NCBI GenBank assembly: GCA_964252075.1
Contig: CAXULY010000005.1
Span: forward strand, 64,001 to 128,000
Length of the DNA stretch: 64,000 nt
Source: an uncultured Deinococcaceae bacterium
Lineage (GTDB): Bacteria > Deinococcota > Deinococci > Deinococcales > Deinococcaceae
Direction of reading: 5' to 3'
Below, piece by piece: positions 54,613 to 64,000 of this stretch. Each line of letters starts with the position of its first letter. The first letter of the stretch is position 1. The translations under genes were made by a program, and so were the position numbers. The notes under the pieces are model-generated. The model saw only the letters and a list, made by a program, of their open reading frames with translations, was not told the origin of the DNA and ran no database searches.

Positions 54613-55535
54613 GCGCCCAGCTCCCTCCGGGTGACGAGCTTGAGCTGCCCGGCGGCGACGCTGCCCGAGAGCAGCGCCTCACCGCCGCCCAGCTGGCCCT
54701 GGTAATGGGCGTTCAGCATGCCGCCCTGCTTGGTGGTGGGGAAGTCCGCCTTGAAGCTCCCCACCGTGACTTCCGCGGAGACGCGCAGGCTGCTGTCCGG
54801 CGTGAGCTGCACGGTGGCGTTGCCGCCGTTCACCTCCACGCGGTGCTGGCCGCTCACGAGGCGCCCGGACCACTTGAGGTTCCCGCCGTTCACGCTGGCG
54901 TTCAGCGTCTCGGCGTGCATGAGCGTGAGGTTCCCACCGTTCACGCGCACGTCGGCGGGCCCGGAAATCTGACCGGCGTTCAGGTTCCCGCCGTTCACGT
55001 CGGCGTCCAGGGCCATGGCGCGGCCCATGCGGAGGTTCCCGCCGCTGATCTCCAGGCGCGCCTCGCCCAGCACGTCACTGAGGTTCAGGTTGCCGCCGTT
55101 CACCTCACCGCGCACGTGGCGCGGCGTGAAGGGCAGGCGCAGCGTGGCGCGTAGGTGCGGCCACAGGCCGACGCCCTGACGGTCCACGGGCTCGCGCTCC
55201 ACGCGCCAGCCGTCACGCGTGGCGCTCAGGCGCAGTTCCTGCGGGCGGTTGGCGGTCAGGGTCGGCTGCGTGACGCCGTGGTCGTGCTCGACCGTGAGGG
55301 AGAACCCGCTGACCAGCAGCCGCAGGTCCGGCGGGGTGTCGGCGCTGTCGCCGTGCAGCTGCATGGCGTAGGTCGCCTCGGGCGTTTCGGTGGGCTCGGG
55401 CGCCTTGCTCATGTTCACCGTGGGGCGCGCCGTGACCGTGCTGCTCTGCAGCAGCGCCTCCGCTTCCTCGGGGGTGAGTTTGCCTTCGGCCACCAGACGT
55501 TGCACCTGTTCGCGAAAGCTGTCCTGTGCATCCAT
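54609..55535 (-). CDS. DUF4097-like beta-strand repeat protein
   Basis: N-terminal EGKLTPEEA; repeated VNGGNL; AAGGAGG RBS. Confidence 0.75.
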   Translation of the reverse strand: MDAQDSFREQVQRLVAEGKLTPEEAEALLQSSTVTARPTVNMSKAPEPTETPEATYAMQLHGDSADTPPDLRLLVSGFSLTVEHDHGVTQPTLTANRPQELRLSATRDGWRVEREPVDRQGVGLWPHLRATLRLPFTPRHVRGEVNGGNLNLSDVLGEARLEISGGNLRMGRAMALDADVNGGNLNAGQISGPADVRVNGGNLTLMHAETLNASVNGGNLKWSGRLVSGQHRVEVNGGNATVQLTPDSSLRVSAEVTVGSFKADFPTTKQGGMLNAHYQGQLGGGEALLSGSVAAGQLKLVTRRELGA

Positions 55536-55553
55536 ATCTTCCTCCTTGACCAT

Positions 55554-55596
55554 ATGTAAAACCAAAACTACGAGAATGTCAAGTATGGTTTTACAT
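55554..55596 (-). promoter_or_regulatory. promoter (TTGACA) overlapped by an 11-bp inverted repeat
   Basis: ATGTAAAACCA-N21-TGGTTTTACAT; TTGACA on the minus strand at 55577-55582. Confidence 0.55.
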
Positions 55597-55644
55597 CCTC
55601 TGTTGAGGTTCGCCGGAGGTCGGGCTTTTCTCTATCCTGGCCGC

Positions 55645-57039
55645 ATGACCACCACCGAGGTGTCGGGCGCCGAACGCACCGAAATCGAACTGCTGGCGCG
55701 CGGCAAAGCGCAGAAATCCCGCGCCATGAAAACCCGCGGCCTCCCCGAGACGCCCGAAGCGGCCCACGCCCTCCTGCTGCGCCTGGGCCTCTGGCAGGAC
55801 ACCACCAACCCCTACCCGGACCGCGCCGGCATCAGCCTCACCCCCGTCACCCTGGACCTCCCCCCACCGCCAAACGAAACGCGGACGGACCTCACCGCCC
55901 TCCCCGCGCTCGCCATCGACGACGACGGCAACCGCGACCCGGACGACGCCCTGAGCCTCGAAACCCTGCCCGACGGCACGCGTCGCCTGTGGGTGCACGT
56001 CGCGGACGTCGCCGCGCTCATCCCCCCGGACAGCCCCCTCGACCTCGAAGCGCGGGTGCGCGGCGCCACCCTGTACCTCCCGGAACGCACCGTCGGCATG
56101 CTGCCCGACGCGCTCGTCGAGCAACTCGGGCTGGGCCTCCACCCCGAATCGCCCGCCCTGAGCATCGCCGTGGACTTCGAGCCGGGCCCCGAGTGGCTGC
56201 CCGGCGTGGTGGACGTGCAACTCACCACCGTGCGCGTCGAGCGCCTCAGTTACCGCGAAGCGCAACGGCGCCTCGACGCCCACGACCCGCTCCTCACGGA
56301 CCTCTGGGCGCTCGCGCAGGCGCAGCGCAGCTACCGCCTCAGCGAAGGCGCCGCCGTCATCGAACTGCCCGAAGCGCGCGTGAAGGTCGACGCGGACCAC
56401 ATCACCGTCGAGCGCCTCACGCCGCTCGACACGCGCGTGATCGTGCAGGAATGCATGATGCTGGCTGGCTGGGCGGCCGCCGTGTGGGCCGAGGACGCCC
56501 AACTTCCACTGCCCTTCGCCACGCAGGACGCCCCACACCGACAGGTGCCCGGAGACGACCTGCCCGCGCACTGGGCGCGCCGCAAGACCCTGGCGCGCAC
56601 GCGCTTCCAGCCGAGCGGCGGCCCACACCGCGGCCTCGGCCTGGACCTGTACGCGCAGGCCACCAGCCCCATGCGCCGCTACCTGGACCTCGTGGTGCAC
56701 CAGCAACTCCGCGCGGAACTGCGCGGCCAGCCCACCCTGTCCGGACGTGACATCGCCGCGCGCACCGCCGAAGCGGAAATGAACGCGGGCGGCACCCGCA
56801 GCGCCGAGCGCCTCAGCCGCCGCCACTGGACGCTCGTCCAGCTGACGCGGCAGCCCGAACGTCAGTACGAGGCGGTGGTGGTCGAGCGGCGCGGCCCGCA
56901 GGCCACCCTGCTCATCCCGGAACTCGCACTCGACGCGCCCCTCACCACACCCCACCCGCTCGGCACGGTCCTCACCGTGCAGGCCACCGACGTGGACCTT
57001 CCCACCCTCAGCGTGCGCCTGCGCGAAGTGCAAACGTAA
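55645..57039 (+). CDS. RNB-domain exoribonuclease (RNase II family)
   Basis: AIDD...DPDDALS, VHVADV, TLYLP, TSPMRRYLDL. Confidence 0.92.
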   Translation: MTTTEVSGAERTEIELLARGKAQKSRAMKTRGLPETPEAAHALLLRLGLWQDTTNPYPDRAGISLTPVTLDLPPPPNETRTDLTALPALAIDDDGNRDPDDALSLETLPDGTRRLWVHVADVAALIPPDSPLDLEARVRGATLYLPERTVGMLPDALVEQLGLGLHPESPALSIAVDFEPGPEWLPGVVDVQLTTVRVERLSYREAQRRLDAHDPLLTDLWALAQAQRSYRLSEGAAVIELPEARVKVDADHITVERLTPLDTRVIVQECMMLAGWAAAVWAEDAQLPLPFATQDAPHRQVPGDDLPAHWARRKTLARTRFQPSGGPHRGLGLDLYAQATSPMRRYLDLVVHQQLRAELRGQPTLSGRDIAARTAEAEMNAGGTRSAERLSRRHWTLVQLTRQPERQYEAVVVERRGPQATLLIPELALDAPLTTPHPLGTVLTVQATDVDLPTLSVRLREVQT

Positions 57040-57259
57040 GGGACAGGGCACCACGCGCCTGGTCACCGGCCCTCACACCCTGCGACGGAGTGCAAGCACG
57101 GGGTGCTGCTGTGCTTCCCCGGCGGCTTCTGACTCATTGCGAACGCGCCCAGCTTGAAGCGCCAGGCGATGGTCATCCGGTGGGCTTCGCCGCGCTGCTG
57201 CTCACCCGTACTTGGGCCTCGTGCTGATCGTGTGGTCCGTGGCGCGGCCGGTACCGCCT

Positions 57260-58444
57260 TCAGTGGTACTCGTGGTTCTCGCGCACCAGCGGGCCGCGGT
57301 ACCACGCGCGCAGGCCGTACCCCATGTTCACGAGGTGCAGCGCCACCAGCGCCAGCAGCACCGCCCACGTGGCCTCCAGCAGTGGCGTGAGGATCGCGAG
57401 CGCCGCGGTCACCAGCTTCAGGCCCGTGGACGTGGCGGGCTGCACGAGCGGCGGCGTCTCGGGCTGCAGGGTGAGTTCAATCAGGCCTAGGAAGGCGTAC
57501 GTCACCGCGAAGCCGCCCGCGAGCACCCACCCCAGACCGCCGTGCAGGGTGGCGTCCCCCACCACGCCCGCGAGGGCCCCGCCGACCGCCGCGATGCCCA
57601 TCACCATCGGCAGATGCAGGTACGACCATGTGTAGAGCGTCCAGGCGTTGCCGGGGCGCGGTTTGCGGCGCCCCACGAAGTCGAAGTACACCCACCACAG
57701 GCCGAACCCCACCGCGAAGCCCAGCACGAAGCGCCACAGGATCACGGCGTTGAAACTGTCGGCCCCCGCGAGGCCATTCGCGATGCCCGCGAGGCTCTCA
57801 CCCAGCACGATGATCACGAACAGCCCGTACCGCTCCGGCACCTTGCTGGCCGTGCCGCGAAAGAGCCGCGTCTGCGCCGCGAGTGTGAAGATGGGCGTGG
57901 TGAGGTCAATCAGCAGGCCCGCCGCGCGCATCACGGCCGCCCACGGCTCGGGTGCCCACACGCTCAGCACCCACAGCAGCACACTGGTGCTGAACCCCAC
58001 CGTGTAGGGCGTCGTGACGGGCCGCACCTGCGGGATGTGACGCCCCGCACGCCACCACATGAAGGTGATCAGGGCGCGCGCGCCCGCGTACCCCAGCGCG
58101 AACACGTCACCCCGCGCGTCGCCCGTACCGCCCGCGCTGGCCGCCATGATGCCCACCGCGAGCATCTGCAGGAACGTGAAGGCGCGGTAACTCATGTCGT
58201 ACGTCTCGAAGCGCTCGCTGTACAGGGTGCCGCCCACCCACACCCACCACGCGGGCCCGAAGAACAGCGCGAAGTGCAGCGCGCCCGCCGCGCTCGGGTG
58301 CGCGCCAATCTCGTGCGCAAGTTGCGACACGATCACCACGAACACCAGGTCGTAGAAGAGTTCCAGCCAGCTGACCCGCCGTTCGCCCTCTCCGGGCGGG
58401 TGCAGGACGGGCCGTTGCCACCAGCTGCGGAAACTCGGCTGCAT
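57260..58444 (-). CDS. ltrA: low temperature requirement protein A family membrane protein
   Basis: VSWLELFYDLVFV, ERYGLFVIIVLGES, WWVYF. Confidence 0.88.
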   Translation of the reverse strand: MQPSFRSWWQRPVLHPPGEGERRVSWLELFYDLVFVVIVSQLAHEIGAHPSAAGALHFALFFGPAWWVWVGGTLYSERFETYDMSYRAFTFLQMLAVGIMAASAGGTGDARGDVFALGYAGARALITFMWWRAGRHIPQVRPVTTPYTVGFSTSVLLWVLSVWAPEPWAAVMRAAGLLIDLTTPIFTLAAQTRLFRGTASKVPERYGLFVIIVLGESLAGIANGLAGADSFNAVILWRFVLGFAVGFGLWWVYFDFVGRRKPRPGNAWTLYTWSYLHLPMVMGIAAVGGALAGVVGDATLHGGLGWVLAGGFAVTYAFLGLIELTLQPETPPLVQPATSTGLKLVTAALAILTPLLEATWAVLLALVALHLVNMGYGLRAWYRGPLVRENHEYH

Positions 58445-58511
58445 GTGCCCTCACGCTACACGGCCGCGCGCGGTCCCGCCCCGCCCGATCGGGTGGCGCG
58501 CCACAGTGCGC

Positions 58512-58777
58512 TTAGTCCTCCAGCGCCTCCAGGCCTGGCTTCGGCCACCCAGCCTGATCCAGCAGGGCGTCCGCGCGCTCCAGCGCGAAGGTGCCCTCCA
58601 CCTCGCGCAGCGTGTGGATAAGCAGCACCCCCGTCAGGCGCTCCAGCAGCGCCCACTCGGCCGAACCGCTGGGCTGCGCATCTCGCGCTCGCCGCAGGGC
58701 GGCGAGCGCCGCGCGTTCATTCCCGTCCGCGAAGGCCTGCCGCGCCTCGGGTGGAATGAGGGCGGCGGGGTCCGGCG

Positions 58778-58781
<4 letters not shown>
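58512..58781 (-). CDS. hypothetical protein
   Basis: GTGA-coupled to mqnP; 89 aa. Confidence 0.6.
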
Positions 58782-59665
<884 letters not shown>

Positions 59666-59733
59666 GGCACGAGTTTAGTGCGCCGCCCGAGACATCAGGG
59701 CGATGATGAACACGAAGCCAGCGTCGGCCCGAC

Positions 59734-60906
59734 CTACTGGAGTGCCGCCTCCGCCACCCGCATTCCCGTCTCCGCCGCATTCAGGACCAGGGTGGGGTCC
59801 ACCACGGTGTCGCCCGGCTGGTGGTAGTTCGCGTCGAGGCCCGTGTGGAAGAACAGAGCGGGCGCGCCGCCCTGCAGGAAGCTGGCGTGGTCGCTGTCGT
59901 CCGAGTCCGGCAGGCGACCCAGGGTGGGCACCGCCGCCTGCGCGCGCCGCACGAGGTCCGGCGTGCCGCCCACCCGCAGCGGGTCCACCTTCACGCCCAC
60001 CATGTCGAAGTTCAGCATGGCCTTCAGGCCGCGCACCAGCTCGGCGTTCTGGCTCACGAAGGCGCGCGAGCCGCGCAGGCCGTCCTCCTCGCCGTCGAAG
60101 GCCAGGAACCACGCGCTGCGGCCCACGGGCGTGTTCACGGCGCGCCGCGCGATGTCCAGCACCGCCAGCGTGCCCGAGGCGTTGTCGTTCGCGCCAGGCG
60201 CGCCCCGCACGCTGTCCAGGTGCGCGCCGAACACCAGCGCGGGCTTCTGCACGCCCACCTTAAACGCGATCAGGTTGCGGCCCGCGACGGTCTCCGTCAC
60301 GACGTTCGCGTTCACGCTCACCGCGCCCGTGAGCGCGCGCAGGCGCGGCAGGTCCTCCTGCGCCACACCCACCACGGGAATCCCGGCCTTGCCGCCCAGG
60401 GTGCCGCCCGCGAGGCGTCCCGGCGCGTTGTTCACGATCACCAGCCCCGTGGCGCCCGTCCGTTCGGCGTTCGTGGCCTTTTCCCCGAAGCGCAGGCCGC
60501 CGCGCGCCACCACCGCCAGCTTGCCGCGCACGTTCGCCCGCGCGAACTCCTCGGGCGTGCCGGTGCCCTCCACGAACGCCAGCGCGCCCGAAACCTGCGT
60601 GCCCGCGCTGCCGTCCAGCGCGCTCGCCGCCACAGTCACGCCGCCCGCCCGCACGCTCGACCCACGGTCCCCCGTGCGGGTGTACTCGAAGGGCTCGAAG
60701 CGCGTCTGGTACCCCAGCGCGCGGTACTGCGCGGCGAGGTACTCGCCCGCCTGCCGCACGCTGGGCGTGCCCGCCACGCGCGGGCCGTTCGCCAGGAGGG
60801 CCTGTAGCCCGCTCTGAATGGTGTTGGGCGCCGTGGCGGGCGCCGCCGCCTGCGCGACGAGGGAAGAGGAGAGGACGAGGGCCAGCGCGGTGCGAGGACG
60901 AAGCAT
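59734..60906 (-). CDS. secreted M28 aminopeptidase with PA domain
   Basis: Signal peptide; GAHLDSV, GANDNASG, GEEDGL.GS, NFDM, SDH, YH. Confidence 0.88.
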   Translation of the reverse strand: MLRPRTALALVLSSSLVAQAAAPATAPNTIQSGLQALLANGPRVAGTPSVRQAGEYLAAQYRALGYQTRFEPFEYTRTGDRGSSVRAGGVTVAASALDGSAGTQVSGALAFVEGTGTPEEFARANVRGKLAVVARGGLRFGEKATNAERTGATGLVIVNNAPGRLAGGTLGGKAGIPVVGVAQEDLPRLRALTGAVSVNANVVTETVAGRNLIAFKVGVQKPALVFGAHLDSVRGAPGANDNASGTLAVLDIARRAVNTPVGRSAWFLAFDGEEDGLRGSRAFVSQNAELVRGLKAMLNFDMVGVKVDPLRVGGTPDLVRRAQAAVPTLGRLPDSDDSDHASFLQGGAPALFFHTGLDANYHQPGDTVVDPTLVLNAAETGMRVAEAALQ

Positions 60907-60997
60907 GACCCCCACATGAAAGCGCGGGCGCGCATGGGTTTGCACAGGCGGAGATGAGTTGCTGCAGCGCGCGGCCCGCGCGGCGTAAGCTGCGCGC

Positions 60998-62047
60998 GTG
61001 ACTGCCCCGCGCCCACCCCAGGAGCAGGCCGCCCTCGACCGCCTCACGCGCGAGCGCCGCTACGACCTCGTGCTGGAAGGCGGCGGCGTGAAAGGTATCG
61101 CGCTCGCGGGCGCGCTGATGGAGCTCGAAGCGCGCGGGTACCGGGCGCAGCGCATCGCGGGCACCAGCGCGGGCGCGGTGGTCGCGGCCTTGTACGCGGC
61201 GGGCTACACGGCGGGCGAGCTGCGCGACCTGATCCTCGCGCCGGACTTCCGCAGCCTCTCGGACCTCACGCCGCTCGCGCGCGTGCCGCTCGTGGGCGGC
61301 CTGCTCAGCGTCGTGCTGCTGCTCGGGCAGTGCGAGGGCGCCGCCCTGCAGCGCTGGCTCGCGCAGCGCCTCGCCGCGAAGGGCGTGCGGACCTTCGCGG
61401 ACCTGCGCCGCGCGCACCCCGACGGCAGCGTGCAGGTGATCGTCTCGGACCTCACCGCCCGCGCCCTGCTGGTCCTCCCCGACGACGCGGCGCAGCTGGG
61501 CCTCGACCCGGACGCGCTGGAGGTGGCCGCCGCCGTCCGCATGAGCGCGGGCATTCCCTTCTATTACCGCCCCGTCGTGCGCCGCGCGCCGGACGGCCAG
61601 CGGCACTGGCTGGTGGACGGCGGCCTGCTCAGCAACTTCCCCGTGTGGCTCTTCGACGCGCCCCCGCCCGGCCTGCCGCGCTGGCCCACCTTCGGCCTGC
61701 GGCTGGACGGCGACCCGCCCGCGCGGGACGAGGTGCTGTCCCGCAGCCGCCGCGCGAACATCATCCAGTACCTGTCCGCGCTGGTGTCCACCGTGCTGGG
61801 CGCACGCGACCGCTACGCCCTCGCGCGCGCCGACTACGCCCGCACCATAGACCTCCCCACCCTGGGGGTCGGCACCACCGAGTTCGACCTCCCGCCCGAG
61901 CGCGCCGCGGCGCTCTTCGACGCGGGCCGCGCGGCCGCCGCCACCTTTCTGAACAGCTGGAACTACCCCGCGTACCTCGCCACCTACCGCATGGGTGCGC
62001 GGGGTGTGGACGAGGTGGCGCGTGCGTACGCCGACCAGATCAGCTGA
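60998..62047 (+). CDS. patatin-like phospholipase
   Basis: EGGGVKG, GTSAG, DGG. Confidence 0.9.
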   Translation: MTAPRPPQEQAALDRLTRERRYDLVLEGGGVKGIALAGALMELEARGYRAQRIAGTSAGAVVAALYAAGYTAGELRDLILAPDFRSLSDLTPLARVPLVGGLLSVVLLLGQCEGAALQRWLAQRLAAKGVRTFADLRRAHPDGSVQVIVSDLTARALLVLPDDAAQLGLDPDALEVAAAVRMSAGIPFYYRPVVRRAPDGQRHWLVDGGLLSNFPVWLFDAPPPGLPRWPTFGLRLDGDPPARDEVLSRSRRANIIQYLSALVSTVLGARDRYALARADYARTIDLPTLGVGTTEFDLPPERAAALFDAGRAAAATFLNSWNYPAYLATYRMGARGVDEVARAYADQIS

Positions 62048-62438
62048 CCCGCCCATGGGCGACCAAAGACCAGCTCACGCCGCTTCTAACTTCGCGTGCA
62101 CGTTCCAGTGCGTCTGGGGATGCGCTCCGGCTCCAAGGCTGGGTCGCGACGTGAAGGCCCTGCGACGCCAATTGCTTCGTCCATACGAACGCGAGGCCAC
62201 GCAGCGCCACGATCCTCACGGGCGTTGGGCGGCGCCCGCCTCACCTCGTTGAGGGCCGTCATCCTCTTCAGCCCGGGCGCCGACGCTTGTACACCAGCAC
62301 GGCGGCGGTCCGCCGCACTGGGCTCATCCATCACGACCAGCGCGAAACCTTCCCGCGTGACCGCCGCCCCAATGCCCAGCCCCCGATGATGCCGCCCGAA
62401 AGCATGCGCTCACCCTGACCGCTGGGAGTAAAGGCGCT

Positions 62439-63260
62439 TCACCGATCAAGATCCGGGGGGTACTTCAGCAGGCGGCCCGTGAACAGCAGCGCGTCCCCCA
62501 GTGGCGTGCTGTGGTAGAGGCTCTGGTACGCCTGCAACTGGCCTTTCGTGAACTTCTGGTTGGTGAGGAGCGCCTGGAAGTCCGCGGGGATGGTGAAGCC
62601 GCCGTCGTCCCGCGCGACGCAGAAGAATCGCACGTCAGGGTTTTGCTGTCTCACGGCCATCAGCACCACGCCCGCCGGGTCGTTGCTCGCCGCCGTCCAC
62701 GTAAAGGTCGCGTCAGGCGTGACGGCACTGGGGTCGGCGGGCGACGTGAAGGTGAAGGCCTGCGCGGGCACCGGCAGCGGCACGCCCGAGAAGGCAGGAA
62801 AGCCCCCGGACCCGCCGCCCGGCGCACTTACGGTCACGCCCGTAAACCCATCCAGGTTCACGTTCAACTGGTACGCGGTGGTGGTCACGTCGTTGGACGT
62901 CTGACTCTGAATGGGGACGCTGGCGAAGACCGTGCCGTTCCGGCTGAGGCTGAGCGCCAGCCCAGCTTCGAGGTTACCTTGGGGGAGCACCGGGTACAGG
63001 AACTGAAACAAGTTCTGGCCCGCGCCCTCCCCCAGCAGGCAGGTGTCCAGCACGCTGGGGTCTGGACTGGTAAACGTCAGCCCGTCCTCCCGGGTGCCGA
63101 ACGCAGCGAAGACTCCCTGCTTGCCGTCCAGGCCGCCGTAAGCGACGAGCCCCAATTTGCTGTATGTCTTGGGGCCGGGCGGGGTGCCGCCACTGTTCTG
63201 CCCGCAGGCGGCGAGCGTGAGGGCGAGGCAGAGGGCGGTCCACACAACGCGTCTGTGCAT
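62439..63260 (-). CDS. lipoprotein of unknown function
   Basis: MHRRVVW...LAAC lipobox. Confidence 0.72.
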   Translation of the reverse strand: MHRRVVWTALCLALTLAACGQNSGGTPPGPKTYSKLGLVAYGGLDGKQGVFAAFGTREDGLTFTSPDPSVLDTCLLGEGAGQNLFQFLYPVLPQGNLEAGLALSLSRNGTVFASVPIQSQTSNDVTTTAYQLNVNLDGFTGVTVSAPGGGSGGFPAFSGVPLPVPAQAFTFTSPADPSAVTPDATFTWTAASNDPAGVVLMAVRQQNPDVRFFCVARDDGGFTIPADFQALLTNQKFTKGQLQAYQSLYHSTPLGDALLFTGRLLKYPPDLDR

Positions 63261-63366
63261 GCTTCTCCCTGGCCGCGGGGCGCAGCGAAAGGGGGACGGC
63301 GCGGCACCGCCAGCATACCCGCCCGCGCTCCTGTTGTCCCCCGCGCGGCCCGCTAGACTGCGGGGC

Positions 63367-64000
<634 letters not shown>

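Noticed and set aside
62086..62400. Minus-strand fragment HRGLGIGAAVT...VQAS resembling a GNAT acetyl-CoA motif
   Set aside because: No convincing start or full domain; at most a small gene remnant.

Overview
GC-rich bacterial DNA, most likely Deinococcus (Deinococcus-type nurA-herA, polA, lepA and kdp, plus many TANNNT -10 boxes 6-7 nt before start codons). It has three parts. (1) 1-5854: an RNA-repair operon, hen1 / two Pol-beta (RlaP-like) nucleotidyltransferases / pnkp, followed by an APH-family kinase. (2) About 5855-28550: an accessory island on the 3' side of a tRNA-Pro(GGG) gene. Its capsid-less, phage-like core has two Xis-like HTH genes, two HNH-AP2 genes, an HTH repressor, an internal tyrosine integrase, and Rep/DnaC-like/DnaB-like genes with iterons inside rep. 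Five copies of the palindrome TGCCCCGCGGGGCA punctuate this core. The island also carries a decayed IS5-family element with a passenger gene, an unassigned PD-(D/E)xK nuclease, and a complete SspBCD-A-E-type phosphorothioate defence cluster. (3) 28551-64000: mostly housekeeping backbone (sdaAB, hydrolases, nurA-herA, kdpFABC with a non-KdpDE two-component pair, polA, an OmpR-type system, a DUF2089/DUF4097 operon, RNase II, mqnP, lepA). All calls come from motif recognition by eye; no searches were run. Start codons were adjusted by hand from the ORF track.
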